Positions 7,629 through 17,693 of a stretch of DNA of 64,000 nt are shown piece after piece (position 1 is the first letter of the stretch; each line of letters starts with the position of its first letter). The notes below the pieces were generated by a model that did no database searches, was not told the DNA's origin, and worked only from the letters and a program-made list of their open reading frames with translations. The DNA comes from Nitrospiraceae bacterium (GTDB taxonomy: Bacteria > Nitrospirota > Nitrospiria > Nitrospirales > UBA2166): positions 322,635-386,634 of the forward strand of contig PBSN01000008.1 in assembly GCA_002726235.1 (NCBI GenBank). The letters are read 5' to 3'. A program made the position numbers and the translations under genes.

Positions 7629-9584
7629 ATGGCGAAGGCAACATCCACCACACGCAAGTCCGCAACTAAACGCCGAACTCCTGCGATCATTAAAGGCAAA
7701 AAGACTACAAAGATTCCACCTAGTGTAGACGTCCCATTTCGGCCGGCGAAGGGCAAACAAGTATTTCTCACTGACGTTGCAATACGCGATGGGCAGCAAT
7801 CGCTTCTCGCCACACGCGTTCGAACCGATGATTTGCTTGCAAGTGTTGAAAAGATGGATCGTGTTGGATATTGGTCCTTAGAGGTGTGGGGAGGGGCAAC
7901 ATTCGATACCTGCCTGCGTTTTCTCAAGGAAGATCCATGGGAACGCCTGCGTCAGTTTCGAAGTTTTGCTCCAAAGACTCGTCTTCAAATGTTGTTGCGT
8001 GGGCAGAACTTGCTTGGGTACGCACACTACCCCGATGACGTGGTTGAAGCATTTGTGGAACGAGCTGCTACCAACGGGATGGATGTGTTTCGAATTTTTG
8101 ATGCGCTCAACGACTTGCGGAATCTTGAAACGTCGATAAAGGCTGTTCGGAAAGTGGGGAAACATGCACAAGGAACTCTGTGCTATACCACTAGTCCAGT
8201 CCATACGATTGAGATGTTTGTCGAACAAGCCAAAGAACTCGAAAGCATGGGGATCGATAGCCTCTGTATCAAGGACATGGCAGGTCTGATTGCACCACTT
8301 GACTCCTACGTGTTGATCCGCCGCCTGAAGAAAGAATTGAAAGTGCCTATTCACCTTCACTCCCACTCTACATCTGGGATGGCAAGCATGTCGCATTTGA
8401 TGGCGATTCTCGGGGGGCTTGATGTGATCGATACGGCAATGTCACCGCTTTCTGGTGGCTCCTCACATCCCCCAACAGAAAGTCTGATTGCTTCACTGCG
8501 AGAAACGCCATATGACACGAAGCTCGATTTGCTACCTTTCCCGCGCATGGCTGCGGAGTTAAGTGCCATTCGCGAGAAATACCGGAGATTCGAGAGCAAC
8601 TTTACGGGCGTTGATTCGGAGATACTGATCTCTCAAGTTCCGGGAGGCATGCTCTCAAGCATGTCCGATCAACTCGCACAACAGAATATGCTTGGACGCA
8701 TGAAAGAAGTATTGGATGAGGTTCCACGTGTACGCGAAGATATGGGATATCCTCCGCTGGTGACTCCGACTAGCCAAATTGTAGGAACCCAAGCCACACT
8801 TAACGTGATTACCGGTGAGCGATACAAGGTGATCACAAACGAGACTCGCAATTATGTCAAAGGATTGTACGGTCGCCCCCCGGGGGAGATAAGTGTTGAA
8901 TTGCGGAAGCGGGCACTCCGATCCGGAAAAGCCATCACCTCGCGCCCGGCCGACCGCTTAAAACCTGAATTAAAAAAGCTCAAGGCGGCACTCGATGGTA
9001 CCACCAGTAGCCTCGAAGACATTCTGTCCTATGCGTTGTTTCCCAACGTAGCGGCGGAGTTTTTTGAACAGCGAGCTAAAGGAGAACTGAAACCCGAGCC
9101 GATCGATTGTGAGAACGGCGGCGGCACTACAGGTGATGAACACAAACGCTTAGCTCCACGTGAATTTCACGTCACATTACATGGAGAATCGTACCGCATA
9201 GAAGTCACAGGTGCGAGTCACAAGACTGAAGGACAGAAACCCTATTACATTAGAATTAACGATCAGCTGGAAGAAGTCTACCTTGAGACAATCAGTGAGA
9301 TTCTGCCGGGCACACCTCAAGCCTCTGAGACTCAGGCCAATCTTCCATTCGCACGGCCAAAACCTCAGCACCCTGGTGACGTCACATCCCCGATGCCAGG
9401 AAAGGTGGTGAAGGTGTTGGTGCAGGAAGGTGATCAGATCAAGAAAGGTGCTGTCGTTCTGATTATCGAGGCGATGAAGATGGAATCGCAAGTTGTGTCT
9501 CCGATCAATGGGACAGTTGCGAAAGTGAATGTAAGTTTAGGTGATGATATCAAGACAGACGAGACACTTATCGTTGTAGGATAG
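7629..9584 (+). CDS. pycB: Carboxyltransferase plus biotinyl-carrier subunit (pyruvate carboxylase B / oxaloacetate decarboxylase alpha family, alternatively 2-oxoglutarate carboxylase)
   Basis: HMGL-like TIM-barrel start DVAIRDGQQS, and a C-terminal biotinyl domain with EAMKME. Also has an extra ~40-aa Lys/Arg/Thr-rich N-terminal extension. Confidence 0.85.
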   Translation: MAKATSTTRKSATKRRTPAIIKGKKTTKIPPSVDVPFRPAKGKQVFLTDVAIRDGQQSLLATRVRTDDLLASVEKMDRVGYWSLEVWGGATFDTCLRFLKEDPWERLRQFRSFAPKTRLQMLLRGQNLLGYAHYPDDVVEAFVERAATNGMDVFRIFDALNDLRNLETSIKAVRKVGKHAQGTLCYTTSPVHTIEMFVEQAKELESMGIDSLCIKDMAGLIAPLDSYVLIRRLKKELKVPIHLHSHSTSGMASMSHLMAILGGLDVIDTAMSPLSGGSSHPPTESLIASLRETPYDTKLDLLPFPRMAAELSAIREKYRRFESNFTGVDSEILISQVPGGMLSSMSDQLAQQNMLGRMKEVLDEVPRVREDMGYPPLVTPTSQIVGTQATLNVITGERYKVITNETRNYVKGLYGRPPGEISVELRKRALRSGKAITSRPADRLKPELKKLKAALDGTTSSLEDILSYALFPNVAAEFFEQRAKGELKPEPIDCENGGGTTGDEHKRLAPREFHVTLHGESYRIEVTGASHKTEGQKPYYIRINDQLEEVYLETISEILPGTPQASETQANLPFARPKPQHPGDVTSPMPGKVVKVLVQEGDQIKKGAVVLIIEAMKMESQVVSPINGTVAKVNVSLGDDIKTDETLIVVG

Positions 9585-9671
9585 ACAGCATGTGTGGGGT
9601 CATGATGAAACCCTGCTTGCAATTCTCCTCTTTCCCATTTTGCCAGCTGGCAGTTCGTGCTAGCAATGCTA

Positions 9672-9699
9672 CCGTCGGTGTTACCGACGGCACATTTTC
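9672..9699 (+). terminator. Putative rho-independent terminator after the carboxylase operon
   Basis: Perfect 7-bp GC-rich stem CCGTCGG-tgtta-CCGACGG followed by cacATTTTc. Confidence 0.5.
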
Positions 9700-9839
9700 A
9701 CATTAAGAATTTTACAAAACTTGAAGCGATAGATGTTATTCGTGCTGAGGTCCACTTGCGACAATGAGGCAGCATAGTCATGTATAATGCATGGGTGGTA
9801 GGCCCGTATAAATCGCACATGAGCAAAGATGGAGAATGA

Positions 9840-10658
9840 GTGGACTATCCAGTATCATTTGAGCACTTGACCGACACTGTTGCTGCCCTGCGGGGGGAGA
9901 ATGGCTGTCCATGGGACAAACGACAAACGCATGAAAGCTTACAACCATACCTGCTCGAAGAGGCATATGAAGTCTTGGACGCAATTGAGGCTCACGATGT
10001 GCGGTCCCTCAAAGAAGAGCTTGGAGATCTTCTCCTTCAAGTACTTTTCCATGCTCAAATCGCCTCAGAAGAAGGGGCATTCACCATTCAGGAAATACTT
10101 GCTGCTTTAAACGCCAAACTGCTTCGCCGTCATCCTCATGTGTTTGATCCTGGAACGGTAGCGACTGAGCAAGAACTCTCTCATCAATGGGATGCAATTA
10201 AAAAGCTCGAGAAAGCAACGCAAAGTGATCAATCAGCGCTGAGCAGTGTGTCCAAAACAATGCCAGCGTTGTTTCGAGCGGTTAAGCTACAAAAATGTGC
10301 GGCCAAAACAGGCTTTGATTGGAGTGACATTGCTAGTGTTTGGAAGAAGCTTGATGAAGAGATCGAAGAACTTCGGCAGGCATTGGCGCAACAGAAAAAT
10401 ATCAATACGCAGCAACGTATCGAAGAAGAACTTGGCGATATGCTATTCACCATCGTCAATTTGAGTCGTTTCCTCGCCGTCAATCCCGAGCTGGCATTAA
10501 ATGGCACCAACGATCGTTTTGTTGCTCGATTCCAGCACATGGAGCAGGAGGCTGATATATCGGAAGTAAACATGAAAGATATGACGCCAGACGACTTCGA
10601 TGTGTTATGGAATCGAGCAAAACAGGCGTTGGCGAACATACGAAAGGAGACACCATAA
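9840..10658 (+). CDS. mazG: Nucleoside triphosphate pyrophosphohydrolase MazG
   Basis: Tandem MazG domains with GCPWDKRQTHESL..LLEEAYE and EEELGDMLF motifs. GTG start preceded by GGAGA. Confidence 0.88.
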   Translation: MDYPVSFEHLTDTVAALRGENGCPWDKRQTHESLQPYLLEEAYEVLDAIEAHDVRSLKEELGDLLLQVLFHAQIASEEGAFTIQEILAALNAKLLRRHPHVFDPGTVATEQELSHQWDAIKKLEKATQSDQSALSSVSKTMPALFRAVKLQKCAAKTGFDWSDIASVWKKLDEEIEELRQALAQQKNINTQQRIEEELGDMLFTIVNLSRFLAVNPELALNGTNDRFVARFQHMEQEADISEVNMKDMTPDDFDVLWNRAKQALANIRKETP

Positions 10659-11170
10659 TGCCGCTAGTATTCTTGACATTTCTTCTAGGCATGACATTTT
10701 TCGTAGGCGATAGACTCTCCCATGCTGACCCTATTCAGTTGCGTGAAAGTGTAAAGACGATTCCTGAAAAAGAGTCATCTGCTTCCGCAATAGCTACGAG
10801 AGCATTGGCGATGCGATATTTTAACCTTGGACTTGAACTACAGAAGATCGGGAAATGGAAGGCGGCATCTCTCGAATATTTTCGCTCTGTTGGCGAAGAT
10901 GATACCTTGGCAGAGGCACATGCTAATTTGGGACTTGCACTTGCACAGCAAGGCGAACCTGAGAAGGCAATCCCCCATCATTTGCGTGCCATTGAATTAA
11001 AACCGACGTTGCCTCAAGCGCATGTTAATCTTGCCATAGATCTTGCTCATATTGGACAGTACAGTGAAGCTTGGGATCATGTTCACGAGCTACAAGCCAT
11101 GGATCATCCAGTGAATCCAGAGTTTCTGAAACTCTTGGCATCTCGACTTCCCGACCCGCGGAAAAAATAG
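10658..11170 (+). CDS. Secreted TPR-repeat protein
   Basis: Start ATG overlaps the mazG stop (TAATG) and is preceded by AAGGAGA. Has a signal-like N-terminus MPLVFLTFLLGMTFFVG and TPR-like repeats (AHANLGLALAQQGEPEKAIPHHLRAIELKP). Confidence 0.7.
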   Translation: MPLVFLTFLLGMTFFVGDRLSHADPIQLRESVKTIPEKESSASAIATRALAMRYFNLGLELQKIGKWKAASLEYFRSVGEDDTLAEAHANLGLALAQQGEPEKAIPHHLRAIELKPTLPQAHVNLAIDLAHIGQYSEAWDHVHELQAMDHPVNPEFLKLLASRLPDPRKK

Positions 11171-11587
11171 CCCAATGCGGCATTATATCGTGCATTTGCC
11201 GTTTTGGTGTGGGCAACGTTTGATTCATTCCGCAGAATAGAGGTCAACATCAACTAAATTTCTTCTTGCGTTTCCGAGTTATCAGGCTTCTTTGCCTTAA
11301 CTTCATGGGGCAATAACTTTCAAACAGAGTGCGAGTATTACAGTGAGAGGTGCAAGTAGAATCGAAACGAGACATGGGAGTGCTTGCATTTTCAACCATG
11401 GCGCGGAATCCAATATGATGCAGGTCAATCCACTTAGATGGGTACTGGTGCATTTGTGTACCGCTATTTTTGTTTGCAAATATTAACGACAGCGTGGTCC
11501 GACATGTGCTGTATGCAGTTGGGAAATACAGTACGAGTGTATTTGCAGAAAGAAGACATGCCAATCTAAGGCGACGGAAATATTGAA

Positions 11588-12667
11588 ATGCCAGGACATG
11601 TGGAATCTTCGCATAGCCCCTTTATCAGCTCCAGAAAATGTTCTGGGTGGTGGATATATTTTGGGACAGTGGCCATTCTCTTTCTCCTGATGCTTGGGAG
11701 TTGCATCCCTGGGGGAGAAACTATTGTTGTGATTGCGACGCATCCAAAGAATCCCAAGATTCTTTATGTCGCATCTAATGATACGTTGTATAAGACTCGT
11801 GATGGTGGAGATACGTGGGAAACGACATCCCAATCATTTGCGAGTGATCGCATAACAGCTCTTGCAGTTGATCCACTCATGACTTCGGCCATCTATGCAG
11901 GAACCAACGGTGATGGAGTCTACAAGAGCGGAGATGCAGGTCGAACATGGCACCCATTCAATTCTGGACTGAGAGAGCACGTCATGATTGTGGGTCAATT
12001 TGCCTTCGACCCTATTGACCAAGGGATTGCGTATCTTGCGTCCACAGTTGGGGTCTATCGGAGTGCAAACCGTGGTCGCGACTGGAATGAGTGGATGGAA
12101 GGAATGAAAGAGGTACATTTCGTGGTCAGTATTGTGTCCCACCCAACGAATCGAAACATTCTGTACGCGGGAACGAGCGGTGGAGTCTACAAAACAACGA
12201 GAAGTGGCAAACCGTGGAAACGAGCCATTGTCGGGATGCTTCCCGAGAATGATCCAACTACCGCTATGGCCTTAGGAGTCAATGCGTTGGCCATTGATCC
12301 TACAACTCCATCGACTGTGTACGCAGGGACAACTCAGGGGCTGTTCAAAACTATCAATTCAGCAGAGTCATGGACACGTATCAAAGAAGGCCAATTAGCG
12401 GATGAGTTCATTATGGGGGTCAATATCGACCCAACTACTCCGAATGTGATTTACGTAGGGCATCGTGCGGGCATTGATAAGAGTACAGACTACGGTCAAA
12501 CATGGACCACAATGAACCGCGGGCTTACGAATTTGAATGTCAGGACACTTGTGATGAGTTCTCAAAATTCAATGTTGCTGTATGCGGGGATGAACCGTGG
12601 AGGTCTATTTCGTTCAACTGATGGAGCAGAAACCTGGGTGCCGGTTTTAGGTAATGCAGAGTCGTGA
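11588..12667 (+). CDS. BNR/Asp-box repeat beta-propeller protein (Ycf48/sialidase-fold-like), probable lipoprotein
   Basis: Repeated SxDxGxTW-type boxes (TRDGGDTWE, SGDAGRTWH, SANRGRDWN, STDYGQTWT, STDGAETWV). N-terminal TM segment ending in LMLGSC. Confidence 0.7.
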   Translation: MPGHVESSHSPFISSRKCSGWWIYFGTVAILFLLMLGSCIPGGETIVVIATHPKNPKILYVASNDTLYKTRDGGDTWETTSQSFASDRITALAVDPLMTSAIYAGTNGDGVYKSGDAGRTWHPFNSGLREHVMIVGQFAFDPIDQGIAYLASTVGVYRSANRGRDWNEWMEGMKEVHFVVSIVSHPTNRNILYAGTSGGVYKTTRSGKPWKRAIVGMLPENDPTTAMALGVNALAIDPTTPSTVYAGTTQGLFKTINSAESWTRIKEGQLADEFIMGVNIDPTTPNVIYVGHRAGIDKSTDYGQTWTTMNRGLTNLNVRTLVMSSQNSMLLYAGMNRGGLFRSTDGAETWVPVLGNAES

Positions 12668-12671
12668 CAGG

Positions 12672-13460
12672 TCACCAAAACAGATACAGTACAGCAGTTC
12701 CAAAGGCAATGCGGTAGTACGCAAACGGAACAAACGTTTTTGTGGTGATGTATTTGAGAAATGCGTCAATCACTGCGAGTGCGGTGAAGAAGGCTACGAC
12801 CATGCCGATTCCGAGAGAAACTATGTTTTCTGCAAACAAGAGTTCTTGGCTTTTGACCATTTGATACCCGGTAGCAGCAAGCATCGTTGGTAATGCGAGA
12901 AGGAAGGAAAACTCGGTCGCCGTTTTTCGATCCAACCCAATCATCAAGCCTCCCATAATGGTGGCACCCGAGCGAGAAACTCCGGGGAAGAGAGCAAGGC
13001 ATTGCGCGAACCCAATTAATATGGCATCTCGAATGCGCAACTCGCTGATGTCGTGGATGCGAAATTGCGGTCGAGTGCGCTCGATAACGAGGATAGTGAT
13101 GCCACCAATGATCAATGCTCCTGCCACTGTTTTAGGGTTAAAAAGGTATTCCGTAATGTAGGAATGTGTGGCCAATCCTATAATTGCTGCTGGGAGGAAT
13201 GCACACCCCAGGGCAATGATGAGCATGTGACTCTTTTCATCTTTTGGGAAGGTGGTGATGACGGCAAGAAGTCGCTTGCGGTAGTAGAACATCACGGCAA
13301 GAATTGCACCGAGTTGTATAGCAATTTCAAAACTCGCGGCCATCTCACCCGTAAATCCGAGAAGATGCCCAGTGACAATAAGGTGTCCGGTAGATGAAAC
13401 GGGAAGAAATTCTGTTAGCCCCTCAACGATCCCTAAAATAACTGCCGTCCACCATTCCAT
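12672..13460 (-). CDS. uppP: Undecaprenyl-diphosphate phosphatase
   Basis: 262 aa polytopic membrane protein with BacA motifs LPVSSTGHL and PGVSRSG. Confidence 0.9.
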   Translation of the reverse strand: MEWWTAVILGIVEGLTEFLPVSSTGHLIVTGHLLGFTGEMAASFEIAIQLGAILAVMFYYRKRLLAVITTFPKDEKSHMLIIALGCAFLPAAIIGLATHSYITEYLFNPKTVAGALIIGGITILVIERTRPQFRIHDISELRIRDAILIGFAQCLALFPGVSRSGATIMGGLMIGLDRKTATEFSFLLALPTMLAATGYQMVKSQELLFAENIVSLGIGMVVAFFTALAVIDAFLKYITTKTFVPFAYYRIAFGTAVLYLFW

Positions 13461-13653
13461 AAGCTATGCCTTTCGTACAGACGCGGCGATGATCGCAATC
13501 TCATGGGTGAAAGTCAATCAAGTGTCTATACTCTGCAATTCGTGATGAGGACTGCGTTTAGTTGACAGCCAGAAAGATGCTGCGATACGATCTCGCCGAT
13601 ATGGTTGCACTTGAACATGAACAGAGAGTTTCGAATAAGGAGTGACGTAAGTT

Positions 13654-13980
13654 ATGGGAAATGCTGCAACAGTGGAAACAGCGTCATGGGAAGATGAAGT
13701 TTCCAAAGCCGAAGGGCTGGTCATGGTCGACTTCTGGGCGGTGTGGTGCGGTCCATGTCAAGTGGTCGCGCCTATTGTAGAGGAATTGGCGACAGAGTAT
13801 GACGGACGAGTAAAGGTGTTAAAATTGAACACTGACGAGAATCCTGAAATCGCGACGCAATTTCACGTCATGAGCATTCCGAGCTTGATCTTTTTCAAGG
13901 ATGGCCAACAGATCGACAAACTTGTCGGTGCGCAATCTAAACAGAAATTCAAGGAAACCATCGATCGGCTCTTAGCCTAA
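13654..13980 (+). CDS. trxA: Thioredoxin
   Basis: 108 aa with the WCGPC active site and an AAGGAG Shine-Dalgarno. Confidence 0.93.
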   Translation: MGNAATVETASWEDEVSKAEGLVMVDFWAVWCGPCQVVAPIVEELATEYDGRVKVLKLNTDENPEIATQFHVMSIPSLIFFKDGQQIDKLVGAQSKQKFKETIDRLLA

Positions 13981-14132
13981 GGTTCTAAGAGGTATTCGCG
14001 TTACTCGAGTCCACGATTTCATCTTCTGTATCGTAAAACTAAAACCTAGGCCTCTTTTTCGAAATCACTAGAAGAGAGGCATTGTCGTGTCTGACTCCTT
14101 CCGGCCTATCCATCTCAACGGGTACTCCTAGG

Positions 14133-15803
14133 ATGCTCCTTGAACTGCGTATTCAAAACATCGCAATTATCGATGATCTACATCTTCGCTTTCCAACAGG
14201 CTTCATAGTTCTCACAGGCGAAACCGGCGCTGGAAAATCGATCCTCGTAGATGCCGTAGGCTTGCTCATTGGTGAACGAGCCTCCGTAGAGCAAATCAGG
14301 ACGGGTGCAACCGAAGGTGTCATCGAGGGTATTTTTGCGACTACGAACAACGATGCACTCCACGCTATTCTTACAAGGTTAGATCTGCTTGGCGATGATT
14401 CTGGAGAACTTGTGATTCGACGAACCCTGCCATCCTCCGGACGTCATCGTGTCCGAATCAACGGAAATGCAGTACCATTATCGACACTCCAGGACATTGG
14501 CAAGTTCCTCGTTGATATTCACGGACAGCACGAGACACAGTCGCTCTTTCGTTCGATCACTCAACTTGATCTGCTCGATTCGTTTGGCGGCCTTCTTGAT
14601 GATCGTGCGGCCTTTTATGAGATCTATTATGCTGTAAAAAGGCTACAGCGGGATCTTTCGATATTTGAGGAACAAACTACGGAGTCAAGAAAAGAAGCCG
14701 ACCGTCTGCAGTATGAGCGAGAGGAAATTGAATCAGCAGCCATTGAGCCGGATGAAGATATTGGCTTAGAACACGAACGGCAGGTAATTTCCCAAGTTCA
14801 CACTCTTGCCGAACTTTCCAATGAACTTTACTCTACGCTTTACGAGGATGATCGCTCAATCCTCTCGCGAGTTGGACACGCCGAATGGTTGCTTCAGCGA
14901 CTATACAATGTCGATTCCCGTCTTTCTGATACTGCGGAACTTCTAGCCGGAGCCACAGCACACTTAAAGGAACTGGTTGGACGTGTTCGGGACTATCAAA
15001 CGCAACTCGATGCAAATCCGGACCGTCTTGAACATGTGGAGGCTAGGCTTGACTTTCTCAACCAGATCAAGAAACGGTATGGAGGATCAATCTCAAGTGT
15101 GATGCGCCATTTGGAGCAGATCACAAAGGAACTTGATGGGCTGACCGTCAGCGATGACAAAAAAGAAGAGCTTCAGAGCGCACTTGCGACCCTACGAATG
15201 CAGCAGGTCACACAGGGAAAACACTTGTCCAAGCAACGTAAGAAGGTTGCAGCTGATCTAGACCAGCGTGTCAATAAGGAGATGAGTGATCTGCACATGA
15301 AGCACGCTACATTCAATGCCGTTGTTGAACAAGAACGTAACGAAACTCTAAATGCAAACGGTCAAGACCGTGTCCAGTTTGTTTTTTCCGGATCCGTAGG
15401 TGAATCACCTCGCGCTCTGAGGGATGCCATCTCTGGCGGTGAACTCTCCCGAGTGACCTTGTGCATCAAGACCGTACTTGCGCGTGAAGATCGGATTCCC
15501 ATTCTGATATTTGACGAAATTGATGCTGGAATTGGTGGTGCGATAGCGGAACGAGTAGGGAAAAAGATGAAAACCCTAGGACAGCGGCATCAAGTGTTCT
15601 GCATCACACACCTTCCGCAAATCGCAGCCCTTGGCGATTCACATTTCTCGGTGAAAAAAGTTGTAAGACAGAAGCGTGCGATCACCCAAGTAGTACAACT
15701 CGCAAAACAAGAACGCGTCAGTGAAATTGCACGCATGCTTGGAGGCACGAAGATCACGCAAACAGTAAAGCGAATTGCCAAAGAAATGCTTGAAATTGGA
15801 TAA
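14133..15803 (+). CDS. recN: DNA repair protein RecN
   Basis: SMC-like protein with N-terminal MLLELRIQNIAIID..LTGETGAGKS, a long coiled coil and C-terminal LSGGELSR...ILIFDEIDAGIGG. The ATG at 14133 is preferred over the ORF-track start at 14082. Confidence 0.9.
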   Translation: MLLELRIQNIAIIDDLHLRFPTGFIVLTGETGAGKSILVDAVGLLIGERASVEQIRTGATEGVIEGIFATTNNDALHAILTRLDLLGDDSGELVIRRTLPSSGRHRVRINGNAVPLSTLQDIGKFLVDIHGQHETQSLFRSITQLDLLDSFGGLLDDRAAFYEIYYAVKRLQRDLSIFEEQTTESRKEADRLQYEREEIESAAIEPDEDIGLEHERQVISQVHTLAELSNELYSTLYEDDRSILSRVGHAEWLLQRLYNVDSRLSDTAELLAGATAHLKELVGRVRDYQTQLDANPDRLEHVEARLDFLNQIKKRYGGSISSVMRHLEQITKELDGLTVSDDKKEELQSALATLRMQQVTQGKHLSKQRKKVAADLDQRVNKEMSDLHMKHATFNAVVEQERNETLNANGQDRVQFVFSGSVGESPRALRDAISGGELSRVTLCIKTVLAREDRIPILIFDEIDAGIGGAIAERVGKKMKTLGQRHQVFCITHLPQIAALGDSHFSVKKVVRQKRAITQVVQLAKQERVSEIARMLGGTKITQTVKRIAKEMLEIG

Positions 15804-16118
15804 TGGATGTACGGTTATCAATATACGAAGGCTACAAGAAATCGTGGTACCACCATGTGTGTAAAGCGAACTTCCTGCCGCCACTCTTGGATCAGTGCAA
15901 GTAGAGAGGGGAGTAAACTCTTGATGTGCTGTAGCTCGGGAACAAAAACCTTCCTCAGGAATGAACAAAAATGGGGTTGATTAAATTGAGACATCGCGGT
16001 CGTAATTTACACAGTGTCTCAAGTCTATCATTGGACAATGCAATGCAGACTGATGTGCACCACGAATTATTTTCGGTGAGTCACTCTGTATGAGAATAGA
16101 TTTCTTGGAATACTCATT

Positions 16119-16721
16119 GTGATCAAGGTCGCTTTGACAGGTGGTATTGCCAGTGGGAAAAGTGTCGTGGCTCGTTTGATGGTTCGTTGCGGAGCCTATC
16201 TTATCGATGCAGATACTTTAGCCAAGGAAGCTGTTCGTCCTGATTCCGTGGTTTGGAGAAGAATAGTTCGAACCTTTGGACGAGACATCACTAACCGCAG
16301 ACGTGAGATCGACCGGGAAAGGCTTGGGAAGCTTATTTTCAGCAACTCACAGAAACGTCAGCAGCTCAATGCCATTATCCATCCATGGGTTTATGCTGAA
16401 TATCAACGCCGTGCACGGATTTTAGCGAAAGATCACCCTGATGGAGTTCTCCTGTTCGATGTTCCACTCTTGTTCGAGACCAATGTACAGCAACGTTTTG
16501 ATCATATCATTGTTGCCTATGTCGACAAGCAGACACAGATACGACGGATTATGACACGGGACAATTTACGACGATCTGAGGCATTGGAGCGTATCAATGC
16601 ACAACTGCCTCTTTCACAAAAACGTCGCGATGCGGAATATGTTATTGACACACGAATGCCAATTGCAGATCTGCGAAGGGAGGTTCGTGCGGCATACAAT
16701 GCACTTCAATTGATACATTAA
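16119..16721 (+). CDS. coaE: Dephospho-CoA kinase
   Basis: 200 aa with P-loop LTGGIASGKS. GTG start. Confidence 0.88.
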   Translation: MIKVALTGGIASGKSVVARLMVRCGAYLIDADTLAKEAVRPDSVVWRRIVRTFGRDITNRRREIDRERLGKLIFSNSQKRQQLNAIIHPWVYAEYQRRARILAKDHPDGVLLFDVPLLFETNVQQRFDHIIVAYVDKQTQIRRIMTRDNLRRSEALERINAQLPLSQKRRDAEYVIDTRMPIADLRREVRAAYNALQLIH

Positions 16722-16767
16722 CTTAAAGGATTTTTCTTCTTGTTACTATTAACTTTGGAGAAATAAT

Positions 16768-17687
16768 ATGCATAAGGTTGTCATTATTGGATCCGGTCCT
16801 GCAGGCCTTACTGCCGCACTCTACTGTGCTCGAGCAAACCTTTCACCACTGCTGGTTGAGGGCCTTCAAGTAGGAGGTCAACTCACCCTCACCACGGATG
16901 TCGAAAACTATCCAGGATTTCCGCAGGGCATTCTTGGGCCACAGCTCATGCAGGACATGCGTGAGCAGGCTGAACGCTTCGGTACTAATTTCCTGACTGG
17001 AGATGTCACGGCGGTCGAGCTAAACACACGCCCGTTTAAGATCACCCTCGCCGAAAACGATCAAATCTCAACTCAGGCCCTGATCGTTTCGACTGGGGCT
17101 ACCGCGCAAATGCTCAATATCAAGTCTGAACAGAAATATCTCGGACAAGGTGTTTCCACCTGTGCGACATGCGACGGTGCGTTTTTTAGAGAAAAAGAAC
17201 TGATCGTTGTTGGCGGAGGAGATTCAGCAATAGAAGAAGGAATGTTCTTAACGAAGTTTGCCTCGACTGTGACGATCGTTCACCGGCGAGACTCATTGCG
17301 TGCATCAAAAATTATGCAGGAGCGTGCATTTCAAATGAAAAGATGAAATTCATCTGGGATTCCATTGTGGAGGAAGTATATGGGGATAGTGTCGTTCAGG
17401 GAGTGAAGTTGCGCAACCTCAAAACCAATACACTGACGGACATACCATGTTCCGGTGTATTTATCGCAATTGGACATACGCCAAACACAAGACTTTTTGT
17501 CAACCAGCTTGATATGGATGAGCAAGGATATTTGCTGACGCATGATGGTACTAAGACGAATGTTCCCGGAGTGTTTGCCGCTGGTGATGTCCAAGACCAT
17601 GTCTACCGTCAGGCGGTGACAGCTGCAGGTTCCGGTTGTATGGCGGCGATTGATGTTGAACGTTTTTTGGAGCAAGAGGCACTCTGA
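16768..17687 (+). pseudogene. trxB: Thioredoxin reductase interrupted by a frameshift (two ORFs, 16768..17346 and 17343..17687)
   Basis: The N-terminal part carries GSGPAG and the CATC redox site. The C-terminal part (FIWDS...GVFAAGDV...AAGSGCMAA) continues in the -1 frame. The break lies at caaatgaaaagatga (17332-17346), next to a 4-A run. Confidence 0.85.
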
Positions 17688-17693
17688 CATCGA

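Noticed and set aside
11171-11587. 417-bp gap with minus-strand ORFs 11250..11564 and 11483..11833 as possible genes.
   Set aside because: No Shine-Dalgarno, odd composition (Cys/Thr/His-rich) and no motifs. 11483..11833 overlaps the BNR gene start. Treated as non-coding, though an undetected sRNA cannot be excluded.
17344-17346. The TGA in trxB as a selenocysteine or read-through codon.
   Set aside because: Downstream TrxB homology is in a different reading frame, so recoding of the TGA in frame would not restore the protein. A frameshift is required.
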